A stretch of DNA of 64,000 nucleotides from a virus (Duplodnaviria > Caudoviricetes), in the IMG/VR virus record IMGVR_UViG_3300034069_002177, positions 96,001 through 160,000 of that record, one strand, 5' to 3'. Of the stretch, positions 9,055-18,276 are shown one piece after another. Both the position numbers and the translations under genes were made by a program. The notes beneath the pieces were generated by a model. That model did no database searches, was not told where the DNA came from, and worked only from the letters and a program-made list of their open reading frames with translations. Position 1 is the first letter of the stretch, and every line of letters begins with the position of its first letter.

Positions 9055-9419
9055 TGTCTGCATCAGAGATGCCCTCCCAAAAAGTATCCACTTTATTGCT
9101 CACCAAGGCTCTAAGCTCGGCGTTCCTATTCGTTGGTGTGGGTGCATTCGTACTCGCCTCGATGGCTTCTGCGTTCGTCGCTTCTTCGCTTGGAATTGGC
9201 GCTATAGGAATATTCCTACGCACTTATACGGCAGTGGAAGTATCAGCGGTTCCGCTTTTGCTTATCGTCGCTCTACTTGCAGCAGCCTTGAACACGGGTA
9301 GAAAAGATTCGAAGGGCTTCAAGCAAAATTTTGGGACAATGACCGAATCCACCCTTAGTTCGTTGTTCTGCGCCCCTCTCGTAGCCGCACTTGTAATCTA
9401 TTTGGTACTTAGCCGCTGA
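9051..9419 (+). CDS. Membrane protein (3-4 TM)
   Basis: Predominantly hydrophobic; overlaps the upstream stop codon. Confidence 0.7.
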   Translation: MMSASEMPSQKVSTLLLTKALSSAFLFVGVGAFVLASMASAFVASSLGIGAIGIFLRTYTAVEVSAVPLLLIVALLAAALNTGRKDSKGFKQNFGTMTESTLSSLFCAPLVAALVIYLVLSR

Positions 9420-9482
9420 TTTTCTTTTGCACAAAGTCGGACGGATGTGCTAATGTATCCCAAAGTACAGGAAGGTACGAAG

Positions 9483-9905
9483 ATGACTCTGCTAGTCAAT
9501 ACCAATGAACCGACCGGTCAGGCGGATGTTCTCCACCAAAGCCGTGAAAACGATGAAACATCAGTAATGGTGCGAGTCATGGTCCCCGTCAGGCGCGCAA
9601 GCCGCTTCTGGCAGATGCTTCGCGATGAGTCGCTAAGCCAGTTCGCCCCATTCGGAACCTATGAGTCAGAGGATTTCCCCTCGCACCGACTCATGGTTGT
9701 TGAATTCACCGGCAAGCCTCAGGCGGTGAACACCGACCTCGACATGTTCACGAAGTACCACTTCACACCTAAGGTCGTCAGTAATGACTCCGATGCCGTC
9801 GCAATTCCGTCCATCAGCTTCTCCAAAACAAACAAGCTCGACTTCTCGGACCCTGAGTTGGATTTCAACAAGAAAACCAAAGGCTCTTCGAGCGCATTTA
9901 GCTAA
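9483..9905 (+). CDS. Hypothetical protein, paralogue of 25921-26325
   Basis: Shared blocks RFWQM[LI]RDE, P.GTY and F.KY.F..KVVS.DS.A. Confidence 0.8.
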   Translation: MTLLVNTNEPTGQADVLHQSRENDETSVMVRVMVPVRRASRFWQMLRDESLSQFAPFGTYESEDFPSHRLMVVEFTGKPQAVNTDLDMFTKYHFTPKVVSNDSDAVAIPSISFSKTNKLDFSDPELDFNKKTKGSSSAFS

Positions 9906-9910
9906 GTAGC

Positions 9911-9956
9911 AAGAAAACAGCCCTCGGTGTATCAGCGCCGAGGGCTGTTTTCTTTT
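9911..9956. terminator. Intrinsic terminator
   Basis: AAGAAAACAGCCCTCGGTG / CGCCGAGGGCTGTTTTCTT inverted repeat with A and T tails. Confidence 0.85.
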
Positions 9957-10034
9957 AACCAGAAATTTCGCATTACGTTCTGAGCGTCGTGAGGTGTGGC
10001 TAGGATTGTCTATAAGCACCGAAAGGCAATCTTG

Positions 10035-10493
10035 ATGTCCGTTGTACAACCAGTTGAAATCATCGATAAGAATGGCAAACGAAACACTGTTCGCAAAAGA
10101 CTGGACTCGTCAACCTCCGGTAGCAAAAGAAATACCACTGTTACTAGCTCTACCAGGGAGGAAGAAAGCTTCGACCACCCCTTCTTCCCCGATGCGGAGG
10201 ACAAGAAAACCGTCAAGCTCATTCGCAAAGTTTTCAAAGGAGCATCTGAGTTTCGATTCGAGTTCGAAGTAGAACGCGGCTCGCTGTATGTCATGAATAG
10301 GTCGGTTGTTTTAGAAAGCGGCGACGTGCATTCGGATGATGACAATGACGAAAGCAATCTTTCGCGACTTGATGAGGTTTCGGATCGCTTAGCGGAAATG
10401 TACTACTCATTGGGTGCATTCGGTTCACAACGTCGCGTACGGGTTGTGAACCAAGAAAGCGAGAGCAGATACATCGCCATCAGACTTGACTGA
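10035..10493 (+). CDS. DKNG-tag hypothetical protein
   Basis: GAAAGG RBS; MSVVQPVEIIDKNGKRNTVRK. Confidence 0.75.
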   Translation: MSVVQPVEIIDKNGKRNTVRKRLDSSTSGSKRNTTVTSSTREEESFDHPFFPDAEDKKTVKLIRKVFKGASEFRFEFEVERGSLYVMNRSVVLESGDVHSDDDNDESNLSRLDEVSDRLAEMYYSLGAFGSQRRVRVVNQESESRYIAIRLD

Positions 10494-10503
10494 TGGCATA
10501 GAG

Positions 10504-10536
10504 AAAGGGCGACGGAAAATGTATCCGTCGCCCTTT
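10504..10536. terminator. Bidirectional terminator between convergent genes
   Basis: AAAGGGCGACGGA / TCCGTCGCCCTTT perfect 13-bp stem. Confidence 0.85.
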
Positions 10537-10545
10537 CCTTGCCGC

Positions 10546-11262
10546 TTAGAGGAACACGTCCGAGTCTGGCTTCTCCGGGTCGATGGTTCCCACCTCAGGT
10601 ACGTGAGGCTTGATAGCTCCGCGCCAGGTGTCACCAATCTGCGCCAAGTAAATCTTGGCAGCGTGGTCACCACGGTAAAGGCGCAGGAACTGCTTGCGTC
10701 GCTTAGCGACTGCGAGAACCTGCCCAAGGGCAGGAGTCCATACCGTAAGCGCTCCATCTTCCGCCTCGACACTGTTCTTGTCCTTGGGCGTATTACGTGA
10801 CGTTTCTCCGGTGACCCACTTCTTCAGTCCTTCGAGAGGAAAGTCATTTTCTTCGACCGGGAACAGGAACTCGGTTGGCTCATCAGCGGTCTCTTCGACA
10901 ATGGTGACAAATCCGTCCTTGACGACAATGGTGATGTGGTGCGGGTCGTCAGCCTTTTCCTTGTCGTGCTTTTTCGCAAGTGGGGTGAAGACGTACTTGA
11001 TGTTTTTGACGTTCACGGTGGACCAGAAGCCCGCCTCGACCTCACCGATACCAGGAACCCATGTATTGCCTACTACCTCGCCGTTGGCAGAGATACCGAC
11101 AAGCAGGTCTACATCGCCTGGTTCTTCATTCCACGGTCCGCGAGACGAACTGACATGAATACCGTTGAAGGTGGTGTCATCGGGCAGCGAGCCTGCGGTG
11201 ATGAGAAGATCGTCAAGGAAGCCGAGGAACTTCCTCGTTTGGATGGTGAAGCGACTAGACAT
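10546..11262 (-). CDS. Beta-sliding-clamp (DnaN)-like protein of actinophage type
   Basis: F.I.T..F...LDDLL.TA.....D...NGIHV...LVGISANG...G.TW and C-terminal YLAQIGDTWRGAIKP resemble DnaN-like phage proteins; about two-thirds of DnaN length. Confidence 0.45.
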   Translation of the reverse strand: MSSRFTIQTRKFLGFLDDLLITAGSLPDDTTFNGIHVSSSRGPWNEEPGDVDLLVGISANGEVVGNTWVPGIGEVEAGFWSTVNVKNIKYVFTPLAKKHDKEKADDPHHITIVVKDGFVTIVEETADEPTEFLFPVEENDFPLEGLKKWVTGETSRNTPKDKNSVEAEDGALTVWTPALGQVLAVAKRRKQFLRLYRGDHAAKIYLAQIGDTWRGAIKPHVPEVGTIDPEKPDSDVFL

Positions 11263-11372
11263 AGGCAAACCTTTCATGTGTGATTTGTCGTCATGCTAGC
11301 ACGGGATTTCTACCTAAACGGAACATCGAGAATCTCCGAGTGCTATCGTTCCGAAACGAGAAGCAAGGGTGA

Positions 11373-12605
11373 ATGGTGATGACTGAGTTCTATCGAGATG
11401 ACAGGTCTATTGTCCTGCACGGCACTGCATTAGAAGCCTTAAAAGGTATGCCAGATAACTCCGTTGATGCCGTTGTTACAGACCCTCCATACGCCTTGAC
11501 TGATTTGGATAGCAAGAAAGTCGTTGCGGCACTGACTTCGTGGACAGTCGGAGATAGGTCGTACGTTCCTGATTCCGGTAAAGGTTTCCGAGGAATGGAC
11601 TGGGATAAGTTCGTACCTCCGCCCAGTCTTTGGGATGAATGCATTCGCGTTTTGAAGCCAGGGGGATACTTGCTTGCCTTCGCTGGTGCACGGACACAGG
11701 ATCTCATGGGTATATCCATCCGCATCTCGGGGTTTGACATCAAAGATGGTATCGGCTGGGTATCCAGTCAGGGATTCCCGAAATCATTGGATGTAGGGAA
11801 GGCGGTTGATAAACATGTAAGCTCTGTGAGCCCATCTGAGGCGTTAGATGTTGTTGGCTCATCAGAGGAAGCAGTAATAGCCTCAGAGCCGCAGGTAGCG
11901 TCCTGGGATGGTTACGGTACGGCTATGAAGCCTAGCTTCGAGCCAATTATTGTTGCTCAGAAACCAATTGGTGAACGTAGTATCGTTGCCAATGTTCTTC
12001 GACATGGAACTGGTGCCTTGAACATTAACGCCACCCGAGTCGGCGGTTCTACAAAAGAAGACGCAGTGAGTCATCTCGGTAGATGGACCCCTAATTTTGT
12101 TCTTTCGCATTCTGAAGAATGCTTCCAGTCAGGGGCAGCGCCCGATTTCTTCGTCCGCAATAAGACGGAACAGTGGACGGGTTTTGGTCAGAAAGAAAGA
12201 CCCGGTTACAGTAGTGAATCAATCAGCTTCTCGACACCGACATACCATTGTGTCGAAGGATGTCCTGTGAGACTCCTTGCCGAAGAATCAAATAGTCATG
12301 CAGCTAAGGTTCCTGGTGAGGGTGTTACGTCCAAATACTTCCCCGCCTTCCTTTATCACAAGAAAGCTTCGAAGCAAGAAAAGCCAGTGTCCGCCGATGG
12401 GAAAACACACGTATCTGTCAAGCCGCTCGAACTGATGCAATGGCTCGTTCGACTCGTCACGCCCCAGGGTGGGGTTGTTCTAGATCCCTTCCTGGGATCG
12501 GGAACAACAGTCGAGGCAGCACGTCGAGAAGGTATTCTTTCCATAGGTGTTGAAGGGCATCAGCCCTACCTCGAACTAATTTCACAAAGACTCCAAAGGT
12601 CTTGA
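11373..12605 (+). CDS. Orphan beta-class amino (N6A/N4C) DNA methyltransferase
   Basis: VVTDPPY near the N-terminus, H.SVKP.ELM.WLVRL and DPFLGSGTT near the C-terminus; no restriction endonuclease adjacent. Confidence 0.92.
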   Translation: MVMTEFYRDDRSIVLHGTALEALKGMPDNSVDAVVTDPPYALTDLDSKKVVAALTSWTVGDRSYVPDSGKGFRGMDWDKFVPPPSLWDECIRVLKPGGYLLAFAGARTQDLMGISIRISGFDIKDGIGWVSSQGFPKSLDVGKAVDKHVSSVSPSEALDVVGSSEEAVIASEPQVASWDGYGTAMKPSFEPIIVAQKPIGERSIVANVLRHGTGALNINATRVGGSTKEDAVSHLGRWTPNFVLSHSEECFQSGAAPDFFVRNKTEQWTGFGQKERPGYSSESISFSTPTYHCVEGCPVRLLAEESNSHAAKVPGEGVTSKYFPAFLYHKKASKQEKPVSADGKTHVSVKPLELMQWLVRLVTPQGGVVLDPFLGSGTTVEAARREGILSIGVEGHQPYLELISQRLQRS

Positions 12606-12672
12606 CAACAGCGTCCAAATAAGGTCTAATTCGTGGTACGTTACCTCGACAGATAGAAACTGAAAGAAGACA

Positions 12673-13029
12673 ATGGCTACTCCTGACAACATCATCGCCG
12701 CAATCGACTTGTTCGTGTGCTCACAGATTCCCGAGGCGTCAGAGGCGACCTTCTCGTATCAGCCAACTTTAGATCCTACAGGGGTTCCGTACAAGGTGCA
12801 GCTTCTCTTTGTCTACGACAACGCATCTGTCGATGCTGTAGCGACTCGTAACGAGCTTCACACGGGCGGTGTAGCCAAGATGGAGGATTACCTCAGCAGT
12901 AATCTTTCCGACGTGCTAAAAAGTCAATTCGTTGAAAATCTTCGTCTTGATGATGGCGCGGGAAAGTTCGGCGTAGCTCTACGCAACTCCCAAGACCGTA
13001 TCGAGCGCGAGCAGCCTTCTTACTACTGA
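12673..13029 (+). CDS. Hypothetical protein
   Basis: GAAAGAAG RBS-like sequence; followed by a terminator. Confidence 0.7.
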   Translation: MATPDNIIAAIDLFVCSQIPEASEATFSYQPTLDPTGVPYKVQLLFVYDNASVDAVATRNELHTGGVAKMEDYLSSNLSDVLKSQFVENLRLDDGAGKFGVALRNSQDRIEREQPSYY

Positions 13030-13040
13030 GCAACACCAAT

Positions 13041-13078
13041 AAGAACGCCCCCGCTATTGATTTAGCGGGGGCGTTCTT
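13041..13078. terminator. Bidirectional terminator
   Basis: AAGAACGCCCCCGCTA / TAGCGGGGGCGTTCTT perfect 16-bp stem between convergent genes. Confidence 0.85.
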
Positions 13079-13087
13079 CGTATCAAC

Positions 13088-13768
13088 TCATGTCATCTTT
13101 TGAAGCAGTTCTAACTTCGCAATGAGGTACTTTTCTCGTTCGATAGCTCCATCAGCAAACTGCGCATCTAGCGCAACGACCTGATCGGCAAGAATGTCAT
13201 TTGCCCTGATTTGATACTCGGGCTTGGGAAGGTTTTGAATGAGCAAGCTCATCTCATACTGATCTCGGGTGACGTTGTTCATCCTGCTGGTGATTCTTGT
13301 AACCGCCTCCACGAACGCTTTGCCTACAGGGCTCCACACTCCAGTGAATTTGACACTTGCTGTTGTGCCATAGATGTAGATCCTCATGCGTCCTTGAACG
13401 ATTCCGCCTAACCAGCGCATTTTCGATATGAGGCGGTAGTCGTAAATCAGTGTTGTTTTGTTGACCCAGCCGTGAAAGATGAACAAGATACGAGAGTTGG
13501 TGGCAACCAACAGACCTCGCTCATCTTTATGTGTAGTCGGTACCATTGCAAGCACGCGCTCATCAGGCATCAGATGGGTTTCGAGTTCACGAATTTCACG
13601 TTTGACGCGGAAAATTATTCCTGCCTGATCGGCAGCATCTTGAATGTCCGGGCGGTATTTAGCTCGTGAAATTTCCCTTTTTGCTTCGGATACGGGCACA
13701 ACGGTATAAGGTCCGTTGCTGCCTGACCAAATCAATACTTCTTGGTCTTTCTCGTTCTTGGTCCACAT
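13088..13768 (-). CDS. Bacterial PH-domain protein with a C-terminal SHOCT-like helix pair
   Basis: LMPDERVLAM...RGLLVATNSRILF is bPH-like; LDAQFADGAIEREKYLIAKLELL is SHOCT-like. Confidence 0.7.
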   Translation of the reverse strand: MWTKNEKDQEVLIWSGSNGPYTVVPVSEAKREISRAKYRPDIQDAADQAGIIFRVKREIRELETHLMPDERVLAMVPTTHKDERGLLVATNSRILFIFHGWVNKTTLIYDYRLISKMRWLGGIVQGRMRIYIYGTTASVKFTGVWSPVGKAFVEAVTRITSRMNNVTRDQYEMSLLIQNLPKPEYQIRANDILADQVVALDAQFADGAIEREKYLIAKLELLQKMT

Positions 13769-13832
13769 GCCGTCTATCTACCCCTGGTTCACGGTTAGCC
13801 TACACAACTCACCTGATGAAAAGCTGTGTATC

Positions 13833-15047
13833 TCACTGATTGTCGCAGAGGCTAAATAGACCCTCACAATTAGAGCTTTTAGGTGTGTCGGAAGTGGGTG
13901 GCGTAGTTGCTACAGGTGCTTCAGAGGTAGCGGTAGGATTGGGTTCTGCCGTAGCGGGCGTGCTAGGGGTAGCAGAGGGACTCACTGTGGGCTCGCTTGC
14001 TACCTTGACAACAATAGGAGAGCCGCCATTTCCAAAAGTAGCCATCTTGATGTCGGTAACAACGGTGTTGACTGGTACGTCGAAGTAAACCGTTCCAGTG
14101 ACTGATTCATCCGCAGCCAACTTGGAAATGACGTTGGAACCGCCCACGTCACCATACTGAGAATTTCCGTTATAGCTCTTGTTTGCTTCCGAGATGATGG
14201 AAAACCGCTGTGTTGATAGCGTCAAGATGGAACCAGAAACATTTTTGGCGGTGAAGTCGAGTTGGCACCATGCGCCATTAGAAGCCTTGACAGATGCACC
14301 ATTCATATCCTTTGCCGCGACATCACACTTGATGCTTTGTGCTGTCATTTGCATCCCGTCCACTGTCGTTCCAAATTTGCCTACACTAGTTGTCAGCAGC
14401 GGGGTCCAGTCTGCTGCGACCGTGGATTTAGAAGGTTTAGGAGCGCTACTTTTAGATGGCTGAGAGGTCGTTACCGTGGGCTTGTCAGGTGCCTTATCTT
14501 TGGAACCGCCTGTGATGGAACCAATGACGCTGACGATAATAATGATGACAATGATGAGGAGTGCGATGGAGGCACCGCCAACAAGAATCTTTTTCTTCTT
14601 GTCCAGTTCCATGAACTGTGTTTTCAGGGCATTGAACTGATACTTCTCGGGTAACGAGAAACGAGATTTTGGCTTATCGCCGCTATCGTCCATAACATCA
14701 TCGTCATCAAGCATTTCTTCGTCACTATCGACTTCATCGAAGGTAGGCTCGGGTCTTCCACCTCGACGCCTGTCGCGAGGATCGGGGTTGCGGGAATCAT
14801 CTTCGCCCCTATCCATCCGATTTTGCTGTGGACGCCGAGGTCGTTCTTCTACCGGTTCTTGATTAGCATAGTTATCTCTCCTGTTTCGATTAGGAACCTC
14901 GGTGGCATTCAAATCCCATTCAGGATCCTCTGGACCACTTTCCGCCTCGGGCGCGTTTTTGGGCAGCGAACTAAGGTCTATCTCGTATTGATTAGACTTA
15001 CCTTTACCCACGGCGGGATCCGCGAATAGATCTTCATCTCTTGCCAT
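13833..15047 (-). CDS. Single-pass membrane protein with a DUF4352-like Ig domain
   Basis: Acidic/Arg-rich disordered N-terminus, one TM helix, then LDFTAKNVS...F.I......Y...L....SVTGTVYFDVP and a P/T/S-rich tail. Confidence 0.75.
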   Translation of the reverse strand: MARDEDLFADPAVGKGKSNQYEIDLSSLPKNAPEAESGPEDPEWDLNATEVPNRNRRDNYANQEPVEERPRRPQQNRMDRGEDDSRNPDPRDRRRGGRPEPTFDEVDSDEEMLDDDDVMDDSGDKPKSRFSLPEKYQFNALKTQFMELDKKKKILVGGASIALLIIVIIIIVSVIGSITGGSKDKAPDKPTVTTSQPSKSSAPKPSKSTVAADWTPLLTTSVGKFGTTVDGMQMTAQSIKCDVAAKDMNGASVKASNGAWCQLDFTAKNVSGSILTLSTQRFSIISEANKSYNGNSQYGDVGGSNVISKLAADESVTGTVYFDVPVNTVVTDIKMATFGNGGSPIVVKVASEPTVSPSATPSTPATAEPNPTATSEAPVATTPPTSDTPKSSNCEGLFSLCDNQ

Positions 15048-15137
15048 TAACCTTCTCGATTCTTACCTGCGGAGTATATCCAGTCGCAACAATACAGTGC
15101 GATTTTATCGAAATGACACTAATCGGGTTGTACTATC

Positions 15138-15641
15138 ATGGATATGAATGCAGTAGCCAAGTTCAACACCAGGGTGTCCATCGAATCGAAGGTGCCCGCT
15201 ACTGCTCTGTTCAGCAAACTCCGAGAAATTCTCAGAATCAACCCTGCACTAGAAGCCGTTACTTACGCGACTGAACTCTATTTCGATCCAGATGATGATT
15301 TCATTGTTCAAGTGAACATGGAATTCGGTGAAGAAGATGGTCGCAAGCCGTTATTCGAAGATGGCGAAGACGAAGACTACGTTGACGAACATACACCCTA
15401 TGCTGAGATTACCCTTTCGACAGATACCGACTACAAAACCAAGTTGGGCGGAGCACCGAAAGACCTTCATTCTCTTGTTTTGTCGGAACTTTCCGAGTGG
15501 CTCGATGATCACAGCATTGAATGGGGATACTATTCCGACGCTGACAAAATGGGTCGCTGGATTTCTGGCGAGTTCCCTGTCAGATTTGGAAATCCAGACA
15601 AGGCTGACCTTGACGAGCTAGCTGTCGGCGGCATCAGTTAG
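15138..15641 (+). CDS. Acidic hypothetical protein
   Basis: 167-aa ORF rich in D/E. Confidence 0.7.
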   Translation: MDMNAVAKFNTRVSIESKVPATALFSKLREILRINPALEAVTYATELYFDPDDDFIVQVNMEFGEEDGRKPLFEDGEDEDYVDEHTPYAEITLSTDTDYKTKLGGAPKDLHSLVLSELSEWLDDHSIEWGYYSDADKMGRWISGEFPVRFGNPDKADLDELAVGGIS

Positions 15642-15663
15642 TATTTAGAGTAGGAGGTCGTCA

Positions 15664-16578
15664 ATGAACGCCAAAGTACCTACCCCTATTGTCGATAAGA
15701 ACGGCAAGCGCACTACCGTCCACAAACGCACAGATGATGGCAAAAGTGGTCAAGGTCGCGCCGGTTCTGTAGCTGCTCCAAAACAGACTGTCGTAGAGCC
15801 AGAACGCAGTGAGTATGTAGCGCCGAACAGGGCTTCCTTGCAGAAACTCATTCGCTACAAAGGTGAAGTGATGACCTGGGGACAGCTTCTCGAAGAGCTT
15901 CAGCCTGTTGGTATCAGAAGGACTTTGGTTGGCGATGAGGCGCGACCTTCATGGGGTGCTGTACATTCCGATGACGAGAGCATCAGCACGGGAATCACCG
16001 CTCAGATAGCCAAGGATAGTGGTCTCGAAGATATCACCGAGCCCATAGATAGAGTGCGTGACGATCTCGCTGTTGCTCAGCGCAAGCTAGACAACGCGAC
16101 ATACGGCTTCAACATAAGGCGAACTCCTGACGAAATCAAGTACCGCGAACAAGTCAACAATTTGACTGCCGAACTTTTGGTTTTTGAACGTGATTCGGCA
16201 AAGGACAAGCTTGAAGGTATGGACTCTTCTGAGAAGATCGGCTACATGCTGAATTCCATTTGGGCGCAATCAAATTCGATGGCTCAGGTACTTGCTGAAG
16301 ATGAAGACATCGAAGTAGTAAGGGCACTAGCAGCATCAGATGCACGTAATTACCTTGATGTCGATTACCGCAAAAACCTCATCAACCACCCAGATGAGAA
16401 GGTACGGGAGAACTACATGACGGGTAATAACGGTCTTCCTGTAAACAAAATCTTCGACGTTGTTGAAAAAGACTCATCCCAGCTAGTTCGTGACGCTGCT
16501 CAGCAGCAGATTACCAGCAGAGGCTATGAAGTATACCGCGACGAGGGCGGCATGCTTCATATGAACACTCTGAAGTAA
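15664..16578 (+). CDS. DKNG-tag protein with C-terminal HEAT/LRV-like repeats
   Basis: AGGAGG RBS; MNAKVPTPIVDKNGKRTTVHK; LAEDEDIEVVRALA, HPDEKVRE and KDSSQLVRDAA repeats. Confidence 0.8.
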   Translation: MNAKVPTPIVDKNGKRTTVHKRTDDGKSGQGRAGSVAAPKQTVVEPERSEYVAPNRASLQKLIRYKGEVMTWGQLLEELQPVGIRRTLVGDEARPSWGAVHSDDESISTGITAQIAKDSGLEDITEPIDRVRDDLAVAQRKLDNATYGFNIRRTPDEIKYREQVNNLTAELLVFERDSAKDKLEGMDSSEKIGYMLNSIWAQSNSMAQVLAEDEDIEVVRALAASDARNYLDVDYRKNLINHPDEKVRENYMTGNNGLPVNKIFDVVEKDSSQLVRDAAQQQITSRGYEVYRDEGGMLHMNTLK

Positions 16579-16580
16579 CC

Positions 16581-17297
16581 CTACAGAAGACCTTGCAGTG
16601 CAGAGTTGGCACGTGTGAGGTCTTCTTGGAAGTCCACTTCCATAGCCCCGATACCCATACGGGAGATATCCAACGGTAGGTAGTTGGAATCTCCTGTTTC
16701 GATAGCAAGTTCAATGCCTCGCTCGAAGTAGTCATTATCATCAACGACTTTCAGCTTCTGCATCAATGTCACCTTATTTCGCGGTGACACATAGTTGATT
16801 CCGACAGCTTCCCCCAGAGCCTGATTGATGCGTACCTTTTTGGATAGTTTGTGGATAAAACCGTATTCGTCTACCGTGTACTTTACTTCTTCGTCAGAAA
16901 CACTAGACGTATTGACGGCGACAAAAGATTGCTCTTCCATGATGAGGTGCCGAATGCGACTAAGTAGCGTCTCATCGAATACCACGTCGCCATTTAACCA
17001 AAGAACACCATTCTTGCGAGGGATAGCCTGAAGGGCACGGAAAAGAGACTTGGACGTGTTCGTCTGATCGTAACGCTCGTTGTAGATGAAACGCTCGGTC
17101 GGGAATGTTTCGACAATTTTTTCAAACTGGAAGCCGACTACGACATCAACCGCTTTCGGACCGAATTCGTCGTGAATGTTCTTCAGAGCACGACCCATGA
17201 TAGTGCTGCCATCTACTAATGGAGTAAGGGGTTTGGGAAATGGCATACCAAGACGTGTGCCATTGCCTGCCGCGAGAATAACGATTGATGTGCTCAT
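16581..17297 (-). CDS. Sugar/choline-phosphate nucleotidyltransferase (LicC-like)
   Basis: IVILAAGNGTRLG...PKPL, LWLNGDVVFD and EVDFQEDL..A. Confidence 0.88.
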   Translation of the reverse strand: MSTSIVILAAGNGTRLGMPFPKPLTPLVDGSTIMGRALKNIHDEFGPKAVDVVVGFQFEKIVETFPTERFIYNERYDQTNTSKSLFRALQAIPRKNGVLWLNGDVVFDETLLSRIRHLIMEEQSFVAVNTSSVSDEEVKYTVDEYGFIHKLSKKVRINQALGEAVGINYVSPRNKVTLMQKLKVVDDNDYFERGIELAIETGDSNYLPLDISRMGIGAMEVDFQEDLTRANSALQGLL

Positions 17298-17409
17298 GCC
17301 TCATCTTAGCAAGAAAACAATGGTCATGCTAGGCGGTAGTGTAGAGTGATACAAAACTGTGACCGTTACGAAAACAGACCTTATATGTAACGGTACGAGG
17401 GTGAAATTG

Positions 17410-18231
17410 ATGGCTAGCTGGCTCAAAAGATTCAAGTTCTCGATGCGGAGCGACCGTGCCGAGAACTCGATCATGCAAACAATCACTGTTGCTGTATCCG
17501 CAATTCTCATTGCAGCAGGTACATTGACCGCTCCTGGGCTCATTAACGGTCAGAAGGAAAACAACCTTCGCACCGAACTTGGCGACATGGCATTTGCCCA
17601 AACCGCTTGGGTTGCCGCGAAAGGTTCAGTCAACCAGAACTTCATTCCTAGCAATGGCGGCTCTGACAACTTAGCTCGCTGGAAGTACCCTTACGACTTC
17701 GATAAGACCGCCTTTAAGGAAAATCCTACGGTTCAATGGTGTTACAAAAACGAGTATGTAGTCAAGGCTACGACTAAAACCGGCAAGCAGTACGCAATCA
17801 CGTCTTCTAAGCCAGAAGCAGTACCGATCTCTCAGCTTGTGTTGCCCACAACTTGTAAGCCGGGTTACGTACCACCGGCTGATGTCACCCCGTCCGTACC
17901 TGACAAGATTACCGCTCCTACAGCTATTGCCAAAAACCTCGCCTTCTACAACGGCATTCAAAATCTTACGTGGACTGGTGTAGCATGCACTACTAATGTC
18001 ACCACTCCTGCCTACCAGATTCGCGTCAAGTTTGGAACCAACACCACTCTCGTAACGAACGCGTGGTCGAGCGCTACTAATCAGTCATTGGATTTCCTTG
18101 ATGACAACAACACTGTCTCGAACACAAAGACAACCTACTATGTTGCCTCAAAGTGCCGTTCTAACGATACTGGTGATCTTTCGGACAAGGAAACTGTCAG
18201 CACTCAGGTACTCACCTATACCGCTCCTTGA
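17410..18231 (+). CDS. Pilin-like exported protein with a beta-rich (Fn3-like) C-terminal domain
   Basis: Basic leader, then RSDRAENSIMQ, a hydrophobic helix and an amphipathic helix (class III signal-like); Thr/Cys-rich C-terminus. Confidence 0.5.
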   Translation: MASWLKRFKFSMRSDRAENSIMQTITVAVSAILIAAGTLTAPGLINGQKENNLRTELGDMAFAQTAWVAAKGSVNQNFIPSNGGSDNLARWKYPYDFDKTAFKENPTVQWCYKNEYVVKATTKTGKQYAITSSKPEAVPISQLVLPTTCKPGYVPPADVTPSVPDKITAPTAIAKNLAFYNGIQNLTWTGVACTTNVTTPAYQIRVKFGTNTTLVTNAWSSATNQSLDFLDDNNTVSNTKTTYYVASKCRSNDTGDLSDKETVSTQVLTYTAP

Positions 18232-18238
18232 CCAGGAA

Positions 18239-18267
18239 TTGCTTTTTGACTCGAATGGGTTTACTAT
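18239..18267 (+). promoter_or_regulatory. Promoter for cas3, possibly giving a leaderless transcript
   Basis: TTGCTT-17 nt-TACTAT, 9 nt before ATG 18277; no RBS. Confidence 0.6.
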
Positions 18268-18276
18268 TGTCACCTG

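Noticed and set aside
12602-12642. TTGACA promoter for 12673
   Set aside because: No TAnnnT at 16-18 nt spacing; the extended -10 at 12634-12642 lacks a matching -35, so no promoter was annotated.
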